A DNA stretch of 64,000 bases from Candidatus Aminicenantes bacterium. GTDB lineage: Bacteria > Acidobacteriota > Aminicenantia > UBA2199. The number at the start of each line of letters is the position of its first letter. The stretch's first letter is position 1. Under the pieces are notes generated by a model that made no database searches, had not been told where the DNA came from, and was given only the letters and a program-made list of their open reading frames with translations. The stretch lies in contig CAWGGP010000001.1 in assembly GCA_963822075.1 (NCBI GenBank), forward strand, positions 231,844 to 295,843. The letters are read 5' to 3'. A program made the translations under genes and the position numbers. Shown here piece by piece: positions 26,654-36,951 of the stretch.

Positions 26654-27518
26654 ACCAGTATATCGCCTACCTGCGCGATATAAAAAAATACTCCCCGCAC
26701 ACGGTCAAGGCCTACGCCGGCGACATCCGCCAGTGCCTCGCCTATTTTGCCGCCAACCGCCTGCCGCTGAGCAAGAACAACATCCGCGATTTCATCGCCC
26801 ACCTCTACGGCCGCAGCCGCAACAAGGCCACGGTGGCGCGGAAAATTTACGCCATCCGCTCTTTCTACGGCTACCAGGTCGGGACCAACCGACCTGGCGC
26901 ACAATCCCTTCGACGGCATCGGCACGCCCAAGCTGGACAAGAAGATCCCTCAGGTCCTGACCGAGGGCGAGATGCAGGCGTTCCTCGACGCCCTGCCCGA
27001 GGAAAACTTTCCTGCAGCTGCGCAACAAGGCCCTCTTCGAATTCCTGTACGCCACCGGCTTGCGCATCTCCGAGCTGACCGGGCTGCAGGCCGGCGACGT
27101 CCGCTTTGCCGAGAGGCTGGTGCGCGTCATGGGCAAGGGGAAAAAGGAGCGCATCGTCCCCTTCCACGACTTCGCCGGCGCGATCCTGGAGCGCTACCTG
27201 CGGCGGCGCCGGGTCGAGTTTCCCGGAGAGTGCGAGCAGGTTTTCGTCAACGCCCGCGGCGGCCCCTTGAGCCAGCGCTCGGTGGAGCGCATCCTGCGCC
27301 GGGTATACGGCGACCTCAGCCACTCGCAAAAGCACGTCCATCCCCACCTGCTGCGCCATTCGTTCGCCACCCACCTGCTGCAGCGCGGGGCGAACCTCAG
27401 GGTCATCCAGGAGCTGCTCGGGCACTCCAGCCTGGCCACGACCGAAAAGTACACCACCCTGAATTTCGCCGACCTGCTCAAGACCTACAACAAGTTCCAC
27501 CCGCGGAGCCGCCCGTGA
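26629..27518 (+). CDS. Tyrosine site-specific recombinase XerC/XerD-type, two frameshifts (about 26880 and about 27005)
   Basis: Conserved R…HxxR…Y catalytic residues (LLRHSFATHLL, LGHSSLATTEKYT). Confidence 0.8.
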
Positions 27519-28462
27519 AGCGGAAAACGGTCTTCTTTCTCCTGAAATTCGCTTTCGGCCTGGGGCTGCTCCTTTACCTGGTGCTGTACATGGCCCGGCC
27601 GCGGGAGATCGTCGCGGTCATCCGCGCCGCCTCCGCCCCCCTGCTGCTGCTGGCTTTTTCCCTGCACGCCTTCGGCCTGCTCTTCTCCGCCCTGCGCTGG
27701 AAGCTGATCCTCGACGAGACGGGGTCCGATTTTTCGCTGGCGCAATTGACGCGCTCGCTCCTGGTCGGCTCCTTTTTCAACCTGTTCCTGCCCACGCGCT
27801 TCGGCGGCGACGTCGTCCGCGTCAGCGACACGCGGCGCATCGAGCAGGGGCTGACGGGCTCGCTGGCCGTCATCGTCTACGAGCGCATGAGCGGCATCGT
27901 CGCCCTGCTGGTCTTCGCCCTGCTGGCGTCGCTGTTGAAAATACGCTTCGTCAGGGAGCTGCCGCTGCTGTACGTCTCGCTCCTGGTCAGCCTGGCGGGG
28001 ATCGTGCTGCTGGTCCTGGCCTGGAAGAAGCTGCCGCGCGGGTTCCTGGCCGGCCGCGAGTGCCGCCGCCCCTGGCTGCGCAAGCTCCTCGCCAAGCTGG
28101 ACGCTTTCCACGGCATCATCCTCGACTTCGTCAACCACCGCGTCCTGTCGCGCCGGGTTTTTTTCTGGGCCCTGCTGCTGCAGTTCAACGTGGTGCTGCA
28201 CTATTTCCTGATCGGCCGGGCGCTGCACCTCGCCCGCATCCCGCTGCTGGATTACTTTTTTTCCATCCCGATCATGCTGTTCGTCCTGTCGTTCCCCATT
28301 TCGATCAACGGCCTCGGCGTCCGCGACCTGTTCCTGGTCAGGCTTTTCATGTATTACGGCTATGCGGCCCAGTTCGCCATCGCCTTCTCGCTGCTGGACC
28401 TGGCGTTCAACCTGCTGCTGGGCGTCGCCGGCGGCGTGATCTACATCTTGCGCAAAAAATGA
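27515..28462 (+). CDS. UPF0104/LPG-synthase-TM-like flippase-domain membrane protein (GTG start)
   Basis: 8 TM helices, FFNLFLPTRFGGDVVR signature of the lysyl-PG synthase TM region family. Confidence 0.6.
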   Translation: MKRKTVFFLLKFAFGLGLLLYLVLYMARPREIVAVIRAASAPLLLLAFSLHAFGLLFSALRWKLILDETGSDFSLAQLTRSLLVGSFFNLFLPTRFGGDVVRVSDTRRIEQGLTGSLAVIVYERMSGIVALLVFALLASLLKIRFVRELPLLYVSLLVSLAGIVLLVLAWKKLPRGFLAGRECRRPWLRKLLAKLDAFHGIILDFVNHRVLSRRVFFWALLLQFNVVLHYFLIGRALHLARIPLLDYFFSIPIMLFVLSFPISINGLGVRDLFLVRLFMYYGYAAQFAIAFSLLDLAFNLLLGVAGGVIYILRKK

Positions 28463-29572
28463 AAAAAAAACTCGTGCCGCTTCTGGCCGCGCTGCTCCTG
28501 CTGTTCGCCAGCAACCAGGAGAAACTGCGCGAGATCCAGGCGAAGATCCAGGAGGTCTCGGCCAAGCTCCAGGCCAGCAAGCTGGACAAGTCGTCCATCC
28601 TGAACGACATCTACGGCCTGGAACTCCAGGCGGAATCGGCGGTCATCGAGCTGAACCGCGTCAACCTGCTCATGGACGACGCCCAGGCGCAGATCGCCGC
28701 CAAGCAGAAAGAAGAGGCGGCGCTGCAGGCCAGGATCCGCTATTCGCAGGACAATGTCAGGCGCATCCTGCGGGTCATGTACAAGATGGGCGAGCTGGGC
28801 TACGTGAAGCTGTTCATCAACATCAACAGCCTGGACCAGCTGTTCCGCAATTACCGCCTGATCGTCACCCTGATGGACGACAAGGTCATGGAGATCCGCG
28901 CCATCCGCGTGGGGCTGGCGCAGCTGCTGAAGGTCAAGGCGGAACTGCAGGCGGAAGTGGACCGCCTGGCCGGGCTGAAGGAACAGAAAGCGGGCAAGCT
29001 GGCGCGCCTGCGGGCGTTGAGGCAGGAGAAGCTGGACATGATCGCCCGGATCAACCAGCAGCGCGACCTCAACTCCCGCCTGCTGGACGAATTGAAGATC
29101 GAAAGCGAGAACCTGACGCGCATCCTGGACCGGAAAACCATGGTCAGCGTGGCCGACGCGGTCGATCTCGGCCCCCTGCGCGGCAAGCTCGCCTGGCCGC
29201 TGGGCGGCACGGTCATCTCCGGCTTCGGCAAGAAGAAGAGCGCCAAGTTCAACACCTACACCATGAACAACGGCATCGAGATCAAGCCCGACCGCTCCGA
29301 CGAGATCCGCGCGGTCGGCGCGGGCGAGGTCATCTTTTGCGATTATTTGAAGGGCTACGGCAACGTGCTCATGGTCCAGCATGCCGGCAATTTCCACACC
29401 TTGTACGGCCATTGCGAGAGCTTTCTCAAGAAGCCGGGCGACCGGGTGGGGACGGGCGAGGTGATCGCCACTGGCGGGCAATTCGGGCTCGCTCTACGGC
29501 AAGGCGCTGTATTTCGAGATCCGCCAGAACCTGAAGCCCCTGGATCCCTTGCTGTGGCTGGGCAAAAGGTGA
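28459..29572 (+). CDS. M23-family metallopeptidase with N-terminal coiled-coil (EnvC/murein-hydrolase-activator-like), frameshift near 29480
   Basis: Long coiled coil then LyTM/M23 motifs (HxxxD … GxGEVIATGG). Confidence 0.75.
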
Positions 29573-29599
29573 TAGAATCTGCCATTCTAAAATAAGAAC

Positions 29600-30781
29600 G
29601 TGAAACCGCAAAGACGAACGCTCGCCAAGTCCAGCCGCAAAGCCGCCGCGCTCTCCTTTTTCCTGTTCGGCCTGATCGCCCTGGCCATCGTGGTCACCCT
29701 CGAGTTCCTGGACCACCAGGCGGGGAAATACTCGTTCATTTTCAGCAAGGTCATCCCCTTGCGGGAGAAAACGCCCCCCGGGGAACGGTTCAACCGCGAG
29801 CTGACCGCGCTGCTGGGCGAGCAGAAGATCGCCTATGACTTTTTCCGCGACCGTTCCGGCGTCATCCATTTCAAGATCGACCTGGCCGAGCCGCTTTTCC
29901 TCCCCCTGGCCCGCGACCTGCGGCAGCTGGTCAAACGCAACGGGGGGCTGCAGCTCCTGAGCGAGGTCCAGGGCATGAAGGAGCAGGTCGTCTACCTCTA
30001 CCAGGTCAGCTTCGCCAAGCGGCTGACCCACGTGATCCTGCTCACCAAGAGGCTGCCCGCCCTCGCCCGGACCGTCGAGCCGTTCGCCGCACCGGGGATC
30101 AAGGCGCGGCCGGCCCGGCCGCCGCGGCTGGCCATCATCATCGACGACATCGGCTACGCCGACCTGGTCGCCGACCAGCTGCGCGACCTGGGCATCCCGG
30201 TGACCGGCGCCGTCATCCCCGACGCCCCCTATGCCCGCAAGGAGGCGCAGCGGCTGCACGATTACGGGCTGGAGGAGATCATCCACCTGCCCATGCAGCC
30301 CAAGGACCCGGCCAACCACCACCCCCGGGACCAGTTCGTCCTGCTCGACTCCAGCGACGCCGAGATCCGCTCGCTGCTGCGCAACGCCCAGGCGCAGGTC
30401 CCCTACGCCCGGGGCTTGAACAACCACATGGGCTCGCTGCTTACCTCCGACCCGCAGGCCATGCGCCGGGTGCTGGAGCTGGTCCAGGAACAGGGGCTGT
30501 TCTTCGTCGACTCCAAGACCGCCCCGAGCACCGTCGCCCACGCCCTGGCCCGGCAGATGAAGATCAGGACCGCCCTGCGCGACGTCTTCCTTGACGACGT
30601 GCAGACCTACGAATATACGAGCGCCCAGGTGCGGCGCCTGGTGGAGCTGGCCCGGCAGAACGGCCATGCCCTGGCCATCGGCCACCCCTTCGCCTCGACC
30701 CTGTCGGCGCTGCGCGACTCCCTGCCCTGGCTCAAGCAGCAGAAGGTCGAGATCGTACCCGTCTCACAGCTCCTGGAGTAG
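29600..30781 (+). CDS. Divergent polysaccharide deacetylase (YibQ/DUF610 family)
   Basis: N-terminal TM, IIIDDIGY motif, C-terminal conserved region. Confidence 0.7.
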   Translation: MKPQRRTLAKSSRKAAALSFFLFGLIALAIVVTLEFLDHQAGKYSFIFSKVIPLREKTPPGERFNRELTALLGEQKIAYDFFRDRSGVIHFKIDLAEPLFLPLARDLRQLVKRNGGLQLLSEVQGMKEQVVYLYQVSFAKRLTHVILLTKRLPALARTVEPFAAPGIKARPARPPRLAIIIDDIGYADLVADQLRDLGIPVTGAVIPDAPYARKEAQRLHDYGLEEIIHLPMQPKDPANHHPRDQFVLLDSSDAEIRSLLRNAQAQVPYARGLNNHMGSLLTSDPQAMRRVLELVQEQGLFFVDSKTAPSTVAHALARQMKIRTALRDVFLDDVQTYEYTSAQVRRLVELARQNGHALAIGHPFASTLSALRDSLPWLKQQKVEIVPVSQLLE

Positions 30782-30800
30782 ATTCAGGAAGCGAGCAAGA

Positions 30801-31582
30801 ATGAGGCGATTTTACTCATTTTTACTGACTTTGCTCGTTGTTTTAATTGTCTACTTTATTGCCGGTAAACTAGGTTGGTCAGAATATTTTTCAAAAGCTG
30901 CTCACATTCTCCGCTACATGTCATTTTTTATTCTTATAGGTTTCTTGTTGATTACTTTATTGATTCAAGATAAAAATGTTTTCAGTAAAGGGAATCGGTT
31001 AGTAAGACAGAGATATCTATGACAAGGCAATATTGGCATTCGAAAAAGATATTGAAATAAATCCCAGGAAAAAGAACCCTTATTTGGAAATTGGATATTG
31101 TTATTTCATGATGGGTTATAACCGCAATGCAATTAAATATTTTGAGAATGCCCTTGAAATAGATACCGCAGCAAGTTGGTGTTTATTTTTCCCTTGCAAT
31201 TCTTTATGCAGAAGAAAAAATATTTGCTAAAGCATTCGATTATCTTGAAAAAGGGAAGGCATTGCAAAAAAGAGTCTCCATTTTCCGTAAGTTTTCGAAA
31301 ACAATCATGATTGAAAATGAAGGCTGGGTGAATTACTTGAACGGCGATAAAGAAAAGGCCTTGAAGCTTTATAAAAAAGTGCTGCCTTGGATGAATAGAA
31401 TTTTGCAAAGTTGGAACACAAAACGTATTGAATGGTACTCGCCATATTTTTTCCGGATGGGAGTTATTTTTGGATTGATGGGAAAGACGGAAAAGGCCAT
31501 TAAAAGCTTTAATCGTTCAGTACTTGTCTCGTCTTCCAGTATTTTTGCTCAAAGGTCAATTGAGGAAATAGCAAAATTGTAG
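30801..31582 (+). CDS. Membrane-anchored TPR-repeat protein, low GC, two frameshifts (about 31012 and about 31170)
   Basis: Two N-terminal TM helices then TPR-like repeats (AIKYFENALEID, ALKLYKKVL). Confidence 0.5.
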
Positions 31583-31635
31583 AATGAAATGCAATTGAGC
31601 CTAAATGACGATTGTGCGGCAATGTGGGGAGAAGA

Positions 31636-33804
31636 ATGATGAAAATTAATTTATTCGTCAACATTTTCCTTTTATGCTTTCAATCAATTTTCGGTCAAAC
31701 TATCTCAAAGCCGCAGTTGGAATACAGTCGCCATGCTAATCTGAACCGGGTGACGCGTTTTGTCATTGAAAGCAAGCAATTTCTCTGGGGGATCACTGCG
31801 GCAGGCGATGTGGTCCGGTGGGATATTCAGAATGAAAAAGCGCTTTCTCATCCTTTGCAAAAGTTAAATCGCAGGGCAACTGCTATCCTGCTGGATCGTC
31901 AGGGTAACTTGGTTTTGGGATTTGATGACGGTTCGATCAGCGCATTTGAAACTGAAAGACAAACGCTCATCCCGATACCGGCTAAAGGCATAGGGAAAAT
32001 CCAGTTTCTCTTTGCCGATTCAAGGAATGATTACTGGGCTGTCACTCCCCAAGGAGTTTTCAACCCCATGGGTCAGGCCGTGTATTCACCGAATACTTCC
32101 TCTTTCGCTTATAACAATGAATGGCCTGATCTGAGTTGGGAACCTCAATGCGCTTGCCTGGATGATAATGACAAGCTATGGATCGGTTTTAACAAAGGCG
32201 AATTCGGAGGAGACCTCTATTGTTTTGACACAAGCAAAAAGATTTTTATCGATTATTCCTTTCCATCTCATGACAAAAAAGACGAAGATTCAACCGGGCC
32301 TTCGTTGCAATCGATTTTTTGCGTCGCTAAAGGAAGTGTTTTTATGACTTCGGGCCTGAATCATTTTTTGCCCGGAGAGGGACGTCTATATAAATTCATG
32401 GGTACGAAAGGGGAGGTCGTTTTCGATTGGAGCACGCAGCCGAAAAAATTGATCAATGGCTGGGAGATGGAGGAATATGTCGGTCCCGGGTGTTACAATT
32501 CGCAGACAAAAAAACTCTATTATTATTCTGACCGGGGATTTTTTCGCCAGAAAGGTACGGGAGAGGTCATTGAGGGATGGGATCTTCTGATCAAGCCGGA
32601 TCTGAATTGGGGGGCCGGCAAGTATCAGACCGGCCCGGCAATGAACGTGACGCAATTTGATTTTGTTAGTGGAGAGGATTTCGTTTTTACCACTTCCTCC
32701 GACGGATTGGGGATATTTCGAAAAGGGAAGATCCGATTTTTAGAACAGGAATGCAGTCAGTCCGACACAATCAAGCAACTGCTTCCGGGCATCAATTTAA
32801 TGATGGTTGTTGGTTCAGATTTAGGGGATAAGCAATATAACCTTTACCAATATGGCAAGATCAGACCATTTTCTCTAAGTGAAGATCTAAGTCGGCGATA
32901 TACGGAAATGAAAGGCGTCATCATAATGCCGGATGATCGGATAATCACGCTTTTGGAAAAACCGGGTCGGCAAAATATGAAAGGCCAGGCTCTTGAAAAA
33001 GGACCTGATGAATATCATCCATACTTGTATGATGGTAAGCGCTTCAAGCGACTTGCGAATTTGCCTTTCCCTGCTTATGTTGAATGTGGCGCCCAACGGA
33101 TTATAAGCGATAAAATATCGGCGGACCGTTTCCTTATCCAATGCACAGATGCGGTATTGGAGTATAGTGAGGGCAAGTATCGAACAGTTTATTCGGGAGC
33201 GGTCAAATGGGCTCGATATAACAATGATGGTTCGATATTGATAGCCCCAAAAATCCTTCCTGCAGAAAATGTGGAAGCGAAGATCGTCTGCATCCATGGG
33301 AAAGAAGAGTACAAGCTCGATTTAACTCCTATCAATGCAACACGGGAAACAATAGAGAAAATATTGGATTCTCCGTATGTCCGACTGAATGAAGACCAAT
33401 GGCAGCGGTTGCAGGACATTTTGAAACTCAAGCTCGTGTGGTACCAGGGGAAACCTTTGATGGTAAGCGGGGCGGAAGCTCATTCATATTCGAGTGGAGA
33501 CTGGGATAATCGGGAGGATTTGGAGAAGTGGCTTGATTATAAAGATGTGACTTTTTTTGATTACTTCCCTGAACTGGATATGTTCCTGTTTCAGAATGAT
33601 GTCTCTGTTTTCGCGCGTACCCAAGGAAAAACATTTGATCTTGGTAAATGCCTTGATCTGGTCTGCGATATAACAACCGCTCGGTTATGGAATGGTCGTA
33701 TTTTTCTTGGCACTGCTGGCCGTGGTTTGGTTGAATTCGACAGTAAGGAACTGATGAAATTGATTGCCCAAGACTCTGTCCGAGCGATTCCGATTGCCAG
33801 ATGA
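31636..33804 (+). CDS. Secreted 722-aa protein with Reg_prop-like (two-component-regulator propeller) repeats, low GC
   Basis: Signal peptide MMKINLFVNIFLLCFQSIFGQ; repeated motifs NLVLGFDDGSISAFE, KLWIGFNKGEFGGDLYCFD, RIFLGTAGRGLVEFD. Confidence 0.55.
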   Translation: MMKINLFVNIFLLCFQSIFGQTISKPQLEYSRHANLNRVTRFVIESKQFLWGITAAGDVVRWDIQNEKALSHPLQKLNRRATAILLDRQGNLVLGFDDGSISAFETERQTLIPIPAKGIGKIQFLFADSRNDYWAVTPQGVFNPMGQAVYSPNTSSFAYNNEWPDLSWEPQCACLDDNDKLWIGFNKGEFGGDLYCFDTSKKIFIDYSFPSHDKKDEDSTGPSLQSIFCVAKGSVFMTSGLNHFLPGEGRLYKFMGTKGEVVFDWSTQPKKLINGWEMEEYVGPGCYNSQTKKLYYYSDRGFFRQKGTGEVIEGWDLLIKPDLNWGAGKYQTGPAMNVTQFDFVSGEDFVFTTSSDGLGIFRKGKIRFLEQECSQSDTIKQLLPGINLMMVVGSDLGDKQYNLYQYGKIRPFSLSEDLSRRYTEMKGVIIMPDDRIITLLEKPGRQNMKGQALEKGPDEYHPYLYDGKRFKRLANLPFPAYVECGAQRIISDKISADRFLIQCTDAVLEYSEGKYRTVYSGAVKWARYNNDGSILIAPKILPAENVEAKIVCIHGKEEYKLDLTPINATRETIEKILDSPYVRLNEDQWQRLQDILKLKLVWYQGKPLMVSGAEAHSYSSGDWDNREDLEKWLDYKDVTFFDYFPELDMFLFQNDVSVFARTQGKTFDLGKCLDLVCDITTARLWNGRIFLGTAGRGLVEFDSKELMKLIAQDSVRAIPIAR

Positions 33805-33906
33805 GTAAAAAGTTCAATAAGGGTTTGTGCCTACCTGCAAGGCAAGTCCCGGCGCATCGACCAAAACAAGTAAGGTAAATTCAATTTGATCGGTTATCCA
33901 TTATTG

Positions 33907-33928
33907 GGGCACGGCACGCCGTGCCCCT
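33907..33928. terminator. Perfect 9-bp-stem hairpin GGGGCACGG-CACG-CCGTGCCCC between the low-GC island and mazF (bidirectional terminator candidate)
   Basis: Seen in sequence; followed on + strand by GCGTTTTTATTTCG. Confidence 0.35.
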
Positions 33929-33978
33929 ACGACAAAATGCTGCGTTTTTATTTCGTGTGCCGAACTCGGCATTATGCG

Positions 33979-34317
33979 CTATCCGCCGATCAGCGCGGCC
34001 AGCAGCTCGCTGGCCTGGTTGACGACCAGCGGCGGCAGCTTCTTGATCAGGGTTGCCTTCCTGGCCCGCCAGTCGAGGCTCTTGACCTGGTCGGCCAGGA
34101 CCACCCCCTTTACAACAAAGCCGACGGGCAAGCCGACTTCGAACGGGTAGCCCTTGACCTGGCTGGTGATGGGGCAGAGCACGGCCAAGCCGGTCTTGCG
34201 GTTGTACGTTTCGGGCGAAAGCACCAGGGCCGGCCTGCGCCCCGCCTGCTCGTGCCCGGATTGCGGATCGAAATTCAGCCAGATGGCGTCACCGCGGCGC
34301 GGAACATATCCGTCCAT
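33979..34317 (-). CDS. mazF: MazF/PemK-family endoribonuclease toxin
   Basis: RGDAIWLNFDPQSGHEQAGRRPALVLSP…VLCPITSQVKGYPFEV is the PemK/MazF signature. Confidence 0.85.
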   Translation of the reverse strand: MDGYVPRRGDAIWLNFDPQSGHEQAGRRPALVLSPETYNRKTGLAVLCPITSQVKGYPFEVGLPVGFVVKGVVLADQVKSLDWRARKATLIKKLPPLVVNQASELLAALIGG

Positions 34318-34559
34318 CACCAGGCCTCGTTGCCCACGGGTTCGCCGGTCTCGATGGCCTCGTGGAGATTGCTCTCGCTTATCTTGGCCAACAGTTTCTT
34401 CAGCTCGGGTTTTTTCGCGGTTCTTGGTTTTATGACCAGGCTGGATTTGACCACGCGCATCTCCACGCTCGTTGCCTCGCCGATGCCCAGCTCCCGGCTG
34501 AAGGCGCTGGGAATGCGCAAGCCCAGGCTGTTTCCCCATTTTCGTATCGTCGCCCGCAT
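34317..34559 (-). CDS. mazE: MazE/AbrB-type antitoxin (SpoVT/AbrB swapped-hairpin domain)
   Basis: MRATIRKWGNSLGLRIPSAF; stop overlaps mazF start (TGATG). Confidence 0.8.
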   Translation of the reverse strand: MRATIRKWGNSLGLRIPSAFSRELGIGEATSVEMRVVKSSLVIKPRTAKKPELKKLLAKISESNLHEAIETGEPVGNEAW

Positions 34560-34718
34560 GATATCCTCCAGAATGTTTACACAATGTATATACCTCTTGT
34601 TTTGAAAAGTCAAGAGACGGTGGAGCGGACCCGCCACATCTCCATCCGCTTTGTTTATCCGGCTTGTTCCCGAAGGGCGACCATTCGGCTATAATGATCT
34701 GATCGCAAGGATCGCCCA

Positions 34719-36502
34719 ATGAAGATCATCTGGATATACCTCAAGCCGTTCCGCCGCTGGCTGTGGCTGGCCATGGGGCTGGCCGCCGTGGCGCAGGTCC
34801 TGCAGCTCTTCGACCCGATCATCTTCGGCAGGATCATCGACCAGTTCGCCGTCAACCGCGGCGGGCGCGGCCAGGCGGAGCTGGTGCGCGGGGCCCTGAA
34901 GTGGCTGGCCATCGCGGTCGGCGTCGGCGCCGCCGGCCGCATCGCCCAGGCCCTCACCGACTACGTCACGCGCCTGGTGGTCCAGAAATTCGGCATGGCC
35001 ATATTCAACGAGGGGCTGCGCCAGACCCTGCGCCTGCCCTACCACGAGTTCGAGGAGACCAGCAGCGGCCAGGTGCTCTCCATGCTGCAGAAGGTGAAGT
35101 CGGACAACGAAAAATTCATCAGCTCGTTCGTCGGCGTCCTGTTCTCCTCGCTGGTCGGCGTCGCCTTCCTGGTCTGGTACGCGGTCACCAAGCACTGGGC
35201 GCTGGTGCCGGTCTTTTTGGTCGGCGTGGTGGTCCTGGGCGGCATGACCGGCCTGCTCAGCCGGAAAATAAAGACCATCCAGCGCGCGGTCGTCCACGAG
35301 ACCAACAAGATGAGCGGGGCCATCACCGAGTCGCTGCGCAACATCGAGCTGGTCAAGAGCCTGGGCCTGACCTATCCCGAGATCCGCCGCCTGAAGGGCT
35401 TCACCCAGCGCATCTTCGACCTGGAGATGCAGAAGGTCAGGCGGGTGCGTTCCCTGGCCTTCATGCAGGGGGCGGCGCTGACTGCTGCTGAAGGAATCCA
35501 TCCTGTTCATCCTGCTGTGGCTGATCTTCCACAACCAGCTCTCCCCCGGCGAGCTGATCTCCATGCAGTTCATCTCCACGCGCATCATTTTCCCGCTGCA
35601 GGACCTGGGGAGCATCATCCTGGCCTACCGCGAGGCGCAGGCGTCGCTGCAATTGTTCGACGAGCTCATGCGCAAGAAGCCCGAATACCGCCCGGCGGAG
35701 CCCGTGGAGATCGGGGCCATCGACCGCCTGCGCTTCGAGCGGGTCAGCTTCCGCTACAAGTCGGGCAAGCAGGACGCGATCAGCGACCTGTCGTTCGCGG
35801 CGCGCTGCGGCGAGACCGTGGCCTTCGTCGGACCGTCGGGGTCGGGGAAATCGACGCTGGTCAAGCTGCTGGTGGGCTTGTACGTCCCCACCCGCGGCGC
35901 GATCTTCTATGACGATATCCCGGCCAGGGACATCCGCATGAACCGCCTGCGGCGGCAGCTGGGCTTCGTCACCCAGGAGACGCAGCTCTTCTCGGGCACC
36001 ATCCGCGACAACATGCTCTTCGTCAAGCCCGACGCCACCGACGAGGAGATCTACGCGGCGCTGGATCAGGCCGCCGCCGTGCGCCTGGTCGCCGAGACGG
36101 GCCAGGGGCTGGACGCGCTGCTCGGGGAGGGCGGGAAGAAGGTGTCGGGCGGCGAGAAGCAGCGGCTTGGCGATCGCCCGGGCCCTGCTGCGCCAGCCGC
36201 GCCTGCTGATCTTCGACGAGGCGACCTCTTCGCTCGACTCGCTCACCGAGGAGGAGATCGCCCAGACCCTGAGGGAGATCTCGGCCGAAAAGCGGCAGAT
36301 CACCATCATGATCGCCCACCGCCTTTCGACCATCATGCACGCCGACCGCATCCATGTCCTGGAAAAGGGCCGGATCGTCGAGCAGGGGACGCACGCGGCG
36401 CTGGTGCGAAAAAGGGGCTTGTATTACGCCATGTGGCGCCAGCAGGTCGGCGAGCGCCCGCAGGTGAGGAAAGAAACAAGCCCAGGGGAAAGTGATTGGT
36501 GA
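34719..36502 (+). CDS. ABC transporter, fused permease-ATPase (MsbA-like exporter), two frameshifts (about 35475 and about 36165)
   Basis: 6-TM domain then Walker A GPSGSGKST, signature LSGGEKQR, Walker B LLIFDEATS, H-loop IAHRL. Confidence 0.85.
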
Positions 36503-36576
36503 TTAGTGAAGCGAGAGTTTGAGCGTACGGTTGTACGTCTCGTTGCTTTCAGTTTTTCACGTTTCACTTTTCACTC
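36492..36576. repeat. Heptamer tandem-repeat array (GTGATTG GTGATTA GTGAAGC … TTTCAC x3) flanking a near-perfect palindrome GAGCGTACGGTTGTACGTCTC
   Basis: Seen in sequence in the abc-ferredoxin intergenic region. Confidence 0.6.
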
Positions 36577-36680
36577 AATTCGCTGCCGTTCTCGCGCCTG
36601 GCCGGCCGCCGTCGGGGGGGCGAGTGTTGACAAGAAGCGCGTTTTGATATTAAAATTAAGCTTCTCAAAGGAGGACTGAA

Positions 36681-36869
36681 ATGTCACTGACGATTAACGA
36701 TACCTGCATCAGCTGCGGTGCCTGCGAAGCGGTCTGCCCGGTCCAGGCCATCTCCCAGGGCGACCAGTATTACGTGATCGACGCCAGCGTCTGCGTGGAG
36801 TGCAAGGGCCATTTCGACGAACCCCAGTGCGCCTCGGTGTGCCCCACCGATTCCTGCGTCAAGCAGTAA
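36681..36869 (+). CDS. Small 4Fe-4S ferredoxin (YfhL-like)
   Basis: CISCGACEAVCP and second C-x-x-C…CP motif; 62 aa. Confidence 0.8.
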   Translation: MSLTINDTCISCGACEAVCPVQAISQGDQYYVIDASVCVECKGHFDEPQCASVCPTDSCVKQ

Positions 36870-36951
36870 GCGTTCCCGTTCCGCTTCCGTCGCCAATCGC
36901 GTTCCCGCCCGGGGAACGATCTTTTGAAAAGCCGTTAGCCCGCCAAGCCCG

